From a virus (lineage: Duplodnaviria > Caudoviricetes), in the IMG/VR virus record IMGVR_UViG_3300010357_001370, positions 1 to 64,000 of that record: DNA of 64,000 nt; one strand, 5' to 3'. How positions within the stretch are numbered: the first letter of the stretch is position 1; each line of letters starts with the position of its first letter. A program made the position numbers and the translations under genes. The notes under the pieces were generated by a model, which saw nothing but the letters and a program-made list of their open reading frames with translations, was not told where the DNA came from and did not search any database. Positions 54,137-63,035 of this stretch are shown piece by piece.

Positions 54137-55159
54137 ATGTCGAACGTCATTCTTACTCATGCATGCAATAAAGGTTGTTCATACTGCTTTGCTCGTGAAA
54201 CTCGCGACTCTCACGTAACTGTTGGAGCATGTGCAGACGATGTGCATATGTCAATGGAGATGTTTTCATCTATCCTTGACAAGCACGTAGCCAATCTGCC
54301 TCCGGGTCGAGCAGGTCAGGTTAAGCTTCTCGGTGGTGAGCCAACTCAGCATCCTAAATTCGACGAGATCCTTGCGCTCTGCTATGAGAGGAATATTGAA
54401 GTAACTCTGATCTCTAATTTTCTCTTCTCTAAGGAGAAGCGAGATATTATTCTAAAGTATCTTGAAGCGCGCCCCATGCATTTTCTTATCAACTCTACGG
54501 AGCTTGATCAGAAGAACCGTATGGAGATCTTCAAGGAAAACTATAATGAGATATATAAGTTTCTATATGCACGAAATGCTGAAGACAATATGTCGTGCGG
54601 GCTGACGCTTGATCAGGATGTAGGAATTGAATATTACATAAACTATATTGATTACTTGAAGGATAACCTCATCGCAATTGAGCATATGCGAGTAAGCTTA
54701 TCCTTCCCTGGCGATACGGATAAGAAGAATCAGTTTTTCTTTATTAACAATACTAAGCTTGGCGATAGCTTGGTGTTCATTACAAAGAAGCTTCTAGATG
54801 CTAATATCCCAGCTAACCTCGATTGTATTAACTTCCCGTGTATGTACGAGTCTAAAGAAGAGTCTAAGTTTGTAAAGAAATTCTTAGCTGGATCAGATAA
54901 GTATATCTGCGGAACCGGTCCCGGCCCTACGGACTATATGCCCGACGGAACAGCCATCTATTGCTATCCAAATGCTAACACCGTAGTAGACGCTACTAGA
55001 CTAAAGTCCGATACCGCAGTTCAGGAATCTCTTCGTATGAAATACCAGATTGCTAGAGCTACTCTAGTACTACCCGATGCCTGTCAGGAATGTAATGCTA
55101 GAAAGGCTGGGCAGTGCGACGGCCCCTGCTTAGGTTTCTTTAGTTATGATAAGATCTGA
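54137..55159 (+). CDS. Radical SAM protein
   Basis: CNKGCSYC, LLGGEP, C-terminal CQEC......CDGPC; AGGAG SD before 54137. Confidence 0.9.
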   Translation: MSNVILTHACNKGCSYCFARETRDSHVTVGACADDVHMSMEMFSSILDKHVANLPPGRAGQVKLLGGEPTQHPKFDEILALCYERNIEVTLISNFLFSKEKRDIILKYLEARPMHFLINSTELDQKNRMEIFKENYNEIYKFLYARNAEDNMSCGLTLDQDVGIEYYINYIDYLKDNLIAIEHMRVSLSFPGDTDKKNQFFFINNTKLGDSLVFITKKLLDANIPANLDCINFPCMYESKEESKFVKKFLAGSDKYICGTGPGPTDYMPDGTAIYCYPNANTVVDATRLKSDTAVQESLRMKYQIARATLVLPDACQECNARKAGQCDGPCLGFFSYDKI

Positions 55160-56267
55160 TGTTAATTTAACATATGTTACACTTCTGGTTACAGAGAACT
55201 GCAATCAGAAGTGTACGTACTGTTATGATAACTTTTTTGCAGGCGAGCGTGTTAACAGTGATAAGCCAGATGCCTGGCTATCTGTAGATATGCTTCCGAG
55301 TATTGTATCTTTTGTAGACAGCCACAGAGACAAATCTAAACCTATCCGATTTCATTATATCGGTGGCGAACCTCTTTTGAATTTCGAATTTGTCAAAACC
55401 AGCGCTAAGCAGCTGTTCTTACATTACGGTCCGTCTACAAAATTCTATATCAATACTAATCTTACTATCCTAACAGACGAGATGATTGATACTTTTGTAA
55501 AGTACCACTTTACAGTTACCACGTCGATAGATGGTCGTAGAGAGGCTCACAATAGGTATAGAGCAAATTGGGATCTCGTAATTCAAAATCTGATCCGACT
55601 AACAACGCGGTATATAGAAGCTTTCGGGCCTGATCATAATAGTATCCGGTCTAACTGCGTAGTTAGCGCTGCTAACGTGTCGACTCTATTAGAAGATTTT
55701 TTAGCAATCAATCGTTTTTGTCCATTACAGCATCTAGACTTCAATGCAGAGGACCCGGACTGGACTCCAAACAAGCTAGAGGAATTAAAGAGAGTTATTC
55801 AAACTATTGCAAGGTTAGTCCCGAGCTTCTTAAACGAGAACGGGGTGTATCAATCCGCAGTTAAGGCTCAAACAGATTCTAAGTATTGCTGTAACCCTCA
55901 TAGAACAGTAACAATAGGTCCCAGGGGTCGTCTTTACTTTTGCCACCGCCTCGTTCCTAAGTCCTATGTATTCACTCCCGGTTTCACAGAGTACTACGGA
56001 GATATATATGCCGACTACTCTAATACAGAGTATTTCGAACGAATGGATACGTACGAGAAAAATATAGGTCCCGAGTGTGCCGCTTGTAAATATCTTAAGT
56101 ACTGCAAAGGTGGCTGCAGAGCCTTAGATTGTAGTCCGAATCCGTTACCGAAAGGTATTGGGGTTCACCCAGATTGTACGTACCAGGGTATCATCTACGA
56201 CATATACGAAGAACTTAATAGTAAGTCTCTTAGTTCAGAATCCTTACCGTCTTCACCGGCGCCATAG
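55146..56267 (+). CDS. Radical SAM/SPASM maturase, paralog of 48932..50101
   Basis: CNQKCTYC, HYIGGEPLLNFEF, FCHRLVPKSY, CAAC...YCKGGC. Confidence 0.92.
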   Translation: MIRSDVNLTYVTLLVTENCNQKCTYCYDNFFAGERVNSDKPDAWLSVDMLPSIVSFVDSHRDKSKPIRFHYIGGEPLLNFEFVKTSAKQLFLHYGPSTKFYINTNLTILTDEMIDTFVKYHFTVTTSIDGRREAHNRYRANWDLVIQNLIRLTTRYIEAFGPDHNSIRSNCVVSAANVSTLLEDFLAINRFCPLQHLDFNAEDPDWTPNKLEELKRVIQTIARLVPSFLNENGVYQSAVKAQTDSKYCCNPHRTVTIGPRGRLYFCHRLVPKSYVFTPGFTEYYGDIYADYSNTEYFERMDTYEKNIGPECAACKYLKYCKGGCRALDCSPNPLPKGIGVHPDCTYQGIIYDIYEELNSKSLSSESLPSSPAP

Positions 56268-57091
56268 CAGAATTTGCAACCTGCTGTAAATTCTCTATTC
56301 CAGATTTGATGAGCTATATCGCGAGTGCGTTCTGTACCTAGCATTTCAAGCACCGGGGTACTGAACGCATTCCCTATGTAAGTGCCATCTTCGCGTAGCG
56401 GCTGGCATACACAAAGCGAAACTTCTCCGGTAGTTAAGACAGATACTTGAAACGGGGAACAGTGTTCGAGTTTTGGAACAGTAGACCAATCCCGGATTGC
56501 GGGGTCTTGTAGAGACGGAAGACCTAGTCTTTCAAGGTAGTTCTCAAAGTCATATTCCGGGTCGATCAGCCATTTCATAAAGCCTTCAGAGTAGACATCG
56601 ATAGTTGTACCAGACTGCATTTCCGGTACAACAGCAGGACCCATATTAGGATGATAGACGCGCTTAGCCTGCACCTGTGTTGGAGCGATAGCTTGGAGAC
56701 GTCTATAGTTTTCGAGAGTAAGGTCAAGAAGAGACTGAGGGATTGCATAATCGCTAAAGTCAACCGCTACGTATTGAATTTTAGTTAGCGTGCGGAGGTT
56801 TTCATCTGTCAATTCTGTAGCTAAGTTAGTTGCGATATAGATGAGGTGAAACCCTGCCGTGGCGAGACGATCTACAATCTCAAAGAAGTTCGGATTCATT
56901 AAAGACTCGCCTGCGGGAATAAAGAAGATACCTAGTCGATCCTTATCGTGTTGATTCAGAACAATAAAGCGTTCGATATCGGGAACGGTCATTATGTGGG
57001 TACCGTGCTGAGCTACTCCGGGGATAATGCAGCAATGCGGACATCTCTTTTGACAGATACCATATACGGCGTGAAGGTTTATATTGATCAT
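56195..57091 (-). CDS. Short radical SAM protein with SPASM/twitch-like tail
   Basis: CQKRCPHC, PAGES, C...GEVSLC..., IGN, CKFC. Confidence 0.8.
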   Translation of the reverse strand: MININLHAVYGICQKRCPHCCIIPGVAQHGTHIMTVPDIERFIVLNQHDKDRLGIFFIPAGESLMNPNFFEIVDRLATAGFHLIYIATNLATELTDENLRTLTKIQYVAVDFSDYAIPQSLLDLTLENYRRLQAIAPTQVQAKRVYHPNMGPAVVPEMQSGTTIDVYSEGFMKWLIDPEYDFENYLERLGLPSLQDPAIRDWSTVPKLEHCSPFQVSVLTTGEVSLCVCQPLREDGTYIGNAFSTPVLEMLGTERTRDIAHQIWNREFTAGCKFCYGAGEDGKDSELRDLLLSSSYMS

Positions 57092-58009
57092 TTATGCCTC
57101 TACGAGATTACGAAGTAGCTCTTGAAACGTCGGATCATCCTCACGTCCACAGCCTTTGCAACCTTTACAGGGAGCGAGCTTCCGGTTGTAGACGACGTCG
57201 TATGCGCGCTTAGACTGTTCAGTTTTGAAGAGATCGAACAGCGGAGTAGTGAATGCGTTCCCTGCATTAAGCTCCTCATGTCCCAGCGGCATCAGTCCGC
57301 AGTACGCTACCATTCCGGTCGGGAGAACTACCACTTGGCTCGGAATACAAGTAGCGTCAGTTACATCGGTGCTGGTAAATATCATCTCTCGATTATTTAC
57401 TATCGTAGGGTCGCTCGGATGAATATCGATCTGTTTGAGGTAGCGAAAATAATCGAACTTCGGCATTATATATTTGACCATGTCCCGAGAGAATATCTCC
57501 ACCGGTTCCGGTTGTAAGTTTATGCGGGAAGCTATGCGATCAGGAAGGACATACGAGTCTCTCGGATGGTACACCTTCTTTAGATGCACGTTGCTATTCT
57601 TAGCGATTCCTACTAAACGCTCCCAGTTGCTCGCTACTAGATCAGATTGCCATCGGGGAACCCGATATGAGCTAATATCTACTGCGATGTCTTTAATTTT
57701 ACTAAGAGTTTGGAGCTGTTCGTCGGTGAGATTAAGTGCAAGGTTAGTCGACATATGAAGGAGATTGAAGCCCGCTTCGTCTAGTGCATCTATAATTTTG
57801 AAGATATCCTTATTGATGAGAGGCTCTCCCATAGGAATTATGAGAATGAGAAACTTATCAGCGTGAGCTTTGTTCAGTCGAATGAATGCCTCAATATCGG
57901 ATAGCGTAATGTACTGAGGCTCTGCATATTCTCGCATGTATGGGATAACACAGTGACAGCAAGGACGCTGGCATGCTCCGTATGTTAGATACAGATTAAC
58001 TCGAATCAT
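57092..58009 (-). CDS. Short radical SAM protein, paralog of 56195..57091
   Basis: CQRPCCHC, PMGEP, C..SQV.VL.TG.V..C, GNAF, CKGC. Confidence 0.8.
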   Translation of the reverse strand: MIRVNLYLTYGACQRPCCHCVIPYMREYAEPQYITLSDIEAFIRLNKAHADKFLILIIPMGEPLINKDIFKIIDALDEAGFNLLHMSTNLALNLTDEQLQTLSKIKDIAVDISSYRVPRWQSDLVASNWERLVGIAKNSNVHLKKVYHPRDSYVLPDRIASRINLQPEPVEIFSRDMVKYIMPKFDYFRYLKQIDIHPSDPTIVNNREMIFTSTDVTDATCIPSQVVVLPTGMVAYCGLMPLGHEELNAGNAFTTPLFDLFKTEQSKRAYDVVYNRKLAPCKGCKGCGREDDPTFQELLRNLVEA

Positions 58010-58039
58010 ATAATATTAGTACTATACTACTCCGCACAC

Positions 58040-58066
58040 AAAAAGAGAGCGGCTTGCGCCGCTCTC
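58040..58066 (-). terminator. Rho-independent terminator
   Basis: GAGAGCGGC/GCCGCTCTC stem plus U5. Confidence 0.85.
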
Positions 58067-58086
58067 AGATGTCGATCCGTTTTGGG

Positions 58087-58440
58087 TTACTGGACGAACC
58101 AGTTGAAAACCAGAGCTCCGAGCCCCCAAGCCATCAGGTAGGCGAGGGTCTTGGCAGTCAGGCCGTAGAAGAGGTTGAGGAAGGGATGCTCCTCTTTCTC
58201 TTCCATCTTCGGGGACCTGGCCATCAGAACACCGACGATGTACAGAAGGCCGAACGCCTGCCAGAACGTGATCTGGAACCCGATGTCGGGAAGGTACATC
58301 GCCCAGAGCGAGGTGATGACCTTGGCTCCGAGGAGATCGACGGGCACTGCGAATAGCGCCACGAAGGCGATGGCTATCGGCACTCCGATGAGAACGCCTA
58401 TCAGGGTGGATAGGGCAGACGCGTTGGATTTATCGGTCAC
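58087..58440 (-). CDS. Small membrane protein
   Basis: Several hydrophobic helices; AGGAG SD. Confidence 0.75.
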   Translation of the reverse strand: MTDKSNASALSTLIGVLIGVPIAIAFVALFAVPVDLLGAKVITSLWAMYLPDIGFQITFWQAFGLLYIVGVLMARSPKMEEKEEHPFLNLFYGLTAKTLAYLMAWGLGALVFNWFVQ

Positions 58441-58461
58441 TAGAAGTTCTCCTTTTGAAGG

Positions 58462-58665
58462 TTACTGAATTTCCCAGGGGAAAGAAGGCATCTCGTCTTT
58501 CTCATACGCAGCGTGGAACGTTGCCTTGAGATCGTTGAGGGTGACCCTCTTTTCGAAGAAGGCGTGAAGCCAGTGCGCCATGCGCTCGTTGACTTCAGGA
58601 TCCGCATCGTGAATGCGCTCGGAGAGGACGTTCTCCTCTTCGGTCATCTCGTACGCTTCGTCCAT
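58462..58665 (-). CDS. Hypothetical protein
   Basis: AGGAG SD; C-ending codons. Confidence 0.65.
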   Translation of the reverse strand: MDEAYEMTEEENVLSERIHDADPEVNERMAHWLHAFFEKRVTLNDLKATFHAAYEKDEMPSFPWEIQ

Positions 58666-58675
58666 AGATACTCCT

Positions 58676-58831
58676 TTAGAACCGAGGTACGTACTTATAC
58701 ATCCCGTTGTGACGCATCTTACGGTATACGTCGCAAACGATCGTCCCGCGCTGACTAGTCATAGGATAGACTCTTACCATATCGACGCCCTCGTCGACGA
58801 GTTCCCATTTTTGGTGTTTGAATAGGCTCAC
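58676..58831 (-). CDS. 51-aa hypothetical protein (not in ORF track)
   Basis: GGAG SD plus GTG start; MSLFKHQKWELVDEG...YKYVPRF; first gene after the promoter at 58852-58881. Confidence 0.65.
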   Translation of the reverse strand: MSLFKHQKWELVDEGVDMVRVYPMTSQRGTIVCDVYRKMRHNGMYKYVPRF

Positions 58832-58851
58832 GATAGCTCCCTTGTGCATGT

Positions 58852-58881
58852 ATCATATCAGAGTTCTCCATCGGGAGTCAA
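58852..58881 (-). promoter_or_regulatory. Sigma70-type early promoter
   Basis: TTGACT-N18-TATGAT, with a T-rich UP element. Confidence 0.8.
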
Positions 58882-58898
58882 ATAAAAAAGGATCCGTG

Positions 58899-59018
58899 TT
58901 AGTCGTAGTCAGTTTCGTCGTAAGATGCCGCGATGACGAAGGACTCTAGGAACTCCATGATGCGCTCCTCTACGATCTTGATGCGAGCCTGTTCGGGAAC
59001 GACGTGGAAGTCGACATG
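58899..59018 (-). pseudogene. Headless 3' gene fragment
   Basis: HVDFHVVPEQARIKIVEERIMEFLESFVIAASYDETDYD* with early-gene codon bias; no upstream start before the in-frame TGA at 59042-59040. Confidence 0.5.
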
Positions 59019-59517
59019 GACAGAGGAGAGAAGAGCTGCTCAAGCGGAACGGGCTCGAGCTCTCTGGGTCGATCCGGAACATAGAGCGCGTGTATTAGCT
59101 ACTCGTTCCGCCACTTGCGAAGCCCGTCTTGAAGCTCTTCCCCTCGATGAAAAAGAGAAGCGGCTAAAAGATAGAGAGAGATCAGCTCGGTGGAAGCGCG
59201 GGGACCCTATTCCAGAGGACAGTTATATCTATAAAAAGCCTCCTGAGTTTAGTCAAAAAGTCTCCGCAGCTCTAAAGGGTCGTCCTAAAACTGTGGAACA
59301 TAAACAACATCTTTCAGAAGCCCGAAGAGCTAACCCGCGAGAATATTCTGATGCTGAACGACAAAGTAAATCTGCTAAAATGACTGGCCGTACTTGGATA
59401 CATTTTGAAAAGACATCTAAGATGTGTACTCAAGAAAATCTGCCAGACTATCTTGCTGAAGGCTGGCAGATTGGTCGAGCTCCTAAATATCCCACTTCAA
59501 AAGGTAACGAGGGTTAA
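58933..59517 (+). pseudogene. NUMOD3-type homing endonuclease remnant without nuclease domain
   Basis: KVSAALKGRPKTVEHKQHLSEARR, MTGRTWIH...YLAEGWQIGR; the N-terminal ~28 codons are antisense to another gene fragment. Confidence 0.55.
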
Positions 59518-60571
59518 TATATTTCATCGAAATGCTCGGATTGTCCTTAGCACGAAGAACGATACCCTCACGAACCTTGTCCGTGATGATGAATGTCCCC
59601 TCGGAGAGCTTTGCGACATCCTCCAACGTCTTGAGAGGAGGAACGTCGATGACCCATGGAACCATCTGGAACAGCTCGCAGTTGTCATCCTGGGTGAACG
59701 TGTCATCGAAGACGTGGCTGAGCTCATCGAGTACGAAGGCGATCTCGCTATTATCGAGACGCGTAGCGGTGTCGAGGTTCTGGACGGTGAAAACGAACAG
59801 CTTCACCTCAGTGAGGCCGATTCGGTTGCTCTGAATGCCAGGACCAGCCACCTCACCCTGAATGGCGAAGTTGGTCATCCTGCCAGTAGCAGCGTACTTA
59901 CGCATGCGCTTCTCGATGTTGTACTTGCGAGCCATCTTCCAGAAGATGTTGCTCTCAGTATCCTTCAGCTCCTGGTTGCGGCTGCAAACTCCGAACTCTC
60001 CGTTGAAGAGGAAGTAGGTGCCGCTCGACCCGTCCATCTTGACAGTGACGTCGAACTCATGCTCAGCGAGCATCTTCTCGAGAACGTCCTGCTCGAACCC
60101 CTGAGCCCTCAGCTCATCAGTCTTCTCGATGAAGCCCGGGAATGGACCCTTGGTGTCGCCACCGATCTGAGCAGTCTCCGGAATCTCGTACTTGACGACT
60201 CCGAGAGCGTCAGTAACGTCGGCACCTTCGAGAAAACGATTTGCATCGATAGCATTCTGAGGAGGGTACTTAAGCACGTCTGCAAAGTCTTCCAGAGGCA
60301 TACTGAGACCCTGGCTTACCTGGCCGCGGAGCTTGATAGTCTTGACACGGTAGTTGTAGGGTGCCATGAACTCGAAAATCGGAAGCTTCGGAAGAACCGA
60401 ATCAACCTCGAAGTAGACGCGCCTATCGCCAGGCTGCGGATTGGTATCTTTGTTGGTGACGCAGACCCAACCCATCGACTCGAACGTGATCTTAACAATG
60501 CTGTCAGCGTTCGGGATAGGCTCGACCGTCTTAATAGTCCTGATTGTTGCTAACTTACGCTTAATATCCAT
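59483..60571 (-). CDS. RNA ligase, DRB0094/Rnl2-like
   Basis: N-terminal OB-like region (PIPNAD, VYFEVDSVLP, IKLRGQVSQGL), KMDGSS, QGEVAGPGIQ, EGIV, K.IN..YLLK. Confidence 0.9.
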   Translation of the reverse strand: MDIKRKLATIRTIKTVEPIPNADSIVKITFESMGWVCVTNKDTNPQPGDRRVYFEVDSVLPKLPIFEFMAPYNYRVKTIKLRGQVSQGLSMPLEDFADVLKYPPQNAIDANRFLEGADVTDALGVVKYEIPETAQIGGDTKGPFPGFIEKTDELRAQGFEQDVLEKMLAEHEFDVTVKMDGSSGTYFLFNGEFGVCSRNQELKDTESNIFWKMARKYNIEKRMRKYAATGRMTNFAIQGEVAGPGIQSNRIGLTEVKLFVFTVQNLDTATRLDNSEIAFVLDELSHVFDDTFTQDDNCELFQMVPWVIDVPPLKTLEDVAKLSEGTFIITDKVREGIVLRAKDNPSISMKYINPRYLLKWDI

Positions 60572-60610
60572 ATACCTTCCTTTTCCACCAGAGAGCCTAC
60601 GCTCTCGTTA

Positions 60611-60640
60611 ATAATATCAGAACGACTCTCTTGAAAGCAA
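60611..60640 (-). promoter_or_regulatory. Sigma70-type promoter for the RNA ligase
   Basis: TTGCTT-N18-TATTAT. Confidence 0.65.
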
Positions 60641-60678
60641 AGCGAGGATGTATATTAGATATACTATAAGGAAGCAGC

Positions 60679-61254
60679 ATGGTAGTACTTGACATAGATC
60701 AGGACTTTATGTTTAACTGTCCCTCTCAAACTAAGCGAATTGAAGACTATGTACGCCTATATTATCTTCGTGAAATCTTAGATCGCTTTAACGTAGGTAA
60801 GGGAACTCCGTATCGACTCTTTATTGATCACGATGAAGTTCTTTGGGATTGCCGCCAGCAAAACTATAGAAATATTGAACTTATACATGTTGATCGTCAT
60901 GATGATATCCCGCTAGGTCCAAAGGCTATTAAGCATGATCAAGAGACAGGAAATAAACCTCATCTAGGTAATTGGATCTCTCATCTTATTGATGATGGTC
61001 GCTGCTCATATGTAGAGTGGATAGGACAGCATACTAAAGGAACGTACGAGATGGAGAGATTGGAAACTCCCTTTAATCACACTCCGTTTACGCTTTGTCA
61101 GTCTACTCTAGCCTCGACGCAATTTTCTAAGCCAATCGACTTAGTTTATTATACTGTAAGCCCGGGGTTCAGTCCTACGAATATAGATGTACTTGAATTT
61201 ATATCGATCTTCTCTGGGTATAAGTTGGAACCGGGGTCTCAACTCTTTCTATAA
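60679..61254 (+). CDS. UPF0489/arginase-like fold protein
   Basis: LDIDQDF, DHDEV, HVDRHDD, GNWI, SPGF. Confidence 0.65.
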   Translation: MVVLDIDQDFMFNCPSQTKRIEDYVRLYYLREILDRFNVGKGTPYRLFIDHDEVLWDCRQQNYRNIELIHVDRHDDIPLGPKAIKHDQETGNKPHLGNWISHLIDDGRCSYVEWIGQHTKGTYEMERLETPFNHTPFTLCQSTLASTQFSKPIDLVYYTVSPGFSPTNIDVLEFISIFSGYKLEPGSQLFL

Positions 61255-61258
61255 AAAT

Positions 61259-61282
61259 AAACCCGCCGAAGTTGGCGGGTTT
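61259..61282. terminator. Bidirectional terminator
   Basis: AAACCCGCC/GGCGGGTTT between convergent genes. Confidence 0.85.
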
Positions 61283-61285
61283 CTT

Positions 61286-62035
61286 TTAAGTATATAGACA
61301 ATGTAGGTTGTTATAGAGGACATGGTAGTGTCTGTCCCCCACTAAAGCGGATCGATCAATATGGAAATGCCCGCAGTACCAGCCTTTGAACTTCAACCCG
61401 TTCTTAACGTATTCACCTAAGAAGCGAACCGCTGTATCATTCTTCTTAAGCTCGTAGTACCTATCTTCCTCCGGATCGAGATGACCGAAAGGAAGGGTAT
61501 GCTGAAATGTATTGATCGCTTCCTGAGGACAGGTATGGCTGATTACATAATCGACTTCATTGCCAATCCTTTGGAGGTTCTCAGTACCTCGCATAAAGTC
61601 GCCCTGGGTAGGATTCTCTTCTTCCCACCAGCTGATGCGATTCTGCCGACGAGCCTTATCAATAGATACCGCTCCCCCGAAATTGAAGAATGTTTTACCC
61701 TCGATAGTGAAAATATGTCCATGTTGGAGAATATAGATCTTATCGGATACCTTGTAAGCTTTTCCTCCATAGAGGTCAACTAAAGGTAGCTGATAGATAC
61801 GTTCGTAGTTTTCATGGTTACCAAGTACGGCGAGAGTGATCCATGGCTTATCGTTGAACCACTTCGTCCAGTACATTTCTTCCTCATTCGTTGGATTCAG
61901 GCTCCATATGAGTCCGAAATCGCCGAGAATGATAACGTGCGAAGGGTACTCTCCGTCGCAGACGGACTTGACATTGTGATTATTTAGTTTACGCACATCA
62001 ATCGGACAGTGCGTATCGCCTGAGAGAACGATCAT
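61286..62035 (-). CDS. Calcineurin-like metallophosphoesterase
   Basis: GDTH, GDFG, GNHENY, SHTCP, GHFH. Confidence 0.92.
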   Translation of the reverse strand: MIVLSGDTHCPIDVRKLNNHNVKSVCDGEYPSHVIILGDFGLIWSLNPTNEEEMYWTKWFNDKPWITLAVLGNHENYERIYQLPLVDLYGGKAYKVSDKIYILQHGHIFTIEGKTFFNFGGAVSIDKARRQNRISWWEEENPTQGDFMRGTENLQRIGNEVDYVISHTCPQEAINTFQHTLPFGHLDPEEDRYYELKKNDTAVRFLGEYVKNGLKFKGWYCGHFHIDRSALVGDRHYHVLYNNLHCLYT

Positions 62036-62045
62036 ATAGTAGTCC

Positions 62046-62339
62046 TTATTCTATTGTTTGCCTAGTCAGAGGAAAGCCTGGTGTTCCAAATTCTTGTAGG
62101 TTCATCCATGCCGTCCATATCAAGCAGGCTTCGTTATCACAAAAGGCTGCCTGTTTCACTTGCATTGATACCGCGACGCGGTCCAGTGCTTCAAGTATTT
62201 CACCATCTGAAAGAAGTAGGCCGACGTACTCATATCCAATCGGTCCTTCGTGCTTCTTCGTCCACGTCATCATCGCTTGTTCGAGTGATTCACGTGTGAG
62301 GGTGAGAGTGTCTGGAGAGATATTCTTAGGTGCAGTCAA
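62046..62339 (-). CDS. Hypothetical protein
   Basis: GGAGG SD upstream. Confidence 0.55.
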   Translation of the reverse strand: MTAPKNISPDTLTLTRESLEQAMMTWTKKHEGPIGYEYVGLLLSDGEILEALDRVAVSMQVKQAAFCDNEACLIWTAWMNLQEFGTPGFPLTRQTIE

Positions 62340-62447
62340 GACTCCGCCCTCCTTGTCTCTAATATACTTAGTATACTTGAGGATGGGAGAGCGGGTATAA
62401 TAGGAGAGGGGCGGATCGCCCCTCTACCTACGTAGTTCGTTTTGTTA

Positions 62448-62648
62448 TCAGCCCCTGCGAGCGTGTAGTCTGAGGTACGCTTCCTGAAGCGTGATGCCAG
62501 TCTCCTGGTGGAGCTTGGCAGCGATCGTGGAGCGTGCCACAGTCGGACGATCGGCCTTGACGTTCCAGGTCTTGCGACCGGCATCGAAGGCCATCGGAGC
62601 GTTCTCTCCGGCGAGCGGGTTGGAGAGGGTTACGAGATACTTCTTCAT
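62448..62648 (-). CDS. Hypothetical protein
   Basis: AGGAG SD; C-ending codons. Confidence 0.65.
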   Translation of the reverse strand: MKKYLVTLSNPLAGENAPMAFDAGRKTWNVKADRPTVARSTIAAKLHQETGITLQEAYLRLHARRG

Positions 62649-63034
62649 TCGGACTCCTTGTCTTCATCATGGAACTGTTCGAAGAAGGCCTTGATCTTCT
62701 CGTTGTCTTCTGCCGATGCACGGCTCTGGAAGAGGGGACGGAAGTCCTTCATTGAACGTTTTTCGATCTCGGGATCGGTGATCAGGACGTCACCCTTGAT
62801 GACCATCTCGACCTTGAATCCGGTCTGAGTATCGATGTTGACGAGTCGAATGAACTTGTCGATCGCCTCGTCGGTCCAGCTCTTGGGAGCCTCGACCAGG
62901 AACTTCTTCACCGTCACGTACGTCCAGATCGGGTAGTACGTAGTGGCGGTTGAGCCCCAGGAGTTGTAGCCGTAGCTGGCGGTACTCTGACCAGTGCTAG
63001 TGCCGTTCCAGCCATCCCAGTATGTGCTGGACAT
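62645..63034 (-). CDS. Hypothetical protein
   Basis: Coupled to neighbours; S/T/Y/G-rich N-terminus. Confidence 0.65.
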   Translation of the reverse strand: MSSTYWDGWNGTSTGQSTASYGYNSWGSTATTYYPIWTYVTVKKFLVEAPKSWTDEAIDKFIRLVNIDTQTGFKVEMVIKGDVLITDPEIEKRSMKDFRPLFQSRASAEDNEKIKAFFEQFHDEDKESE

Positions 63035-63035
63035 A

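Noticed and set aside
56195-56267. 73-nt overlap of convergent rSAM 3' ends
   Set aside because: The overlap encodes only low-information tails; ordinary phage compaction.
59405-60553. 382-aa plus-strand ORF
   Set aside because: Antisense shadow of the RNA ligase gene.
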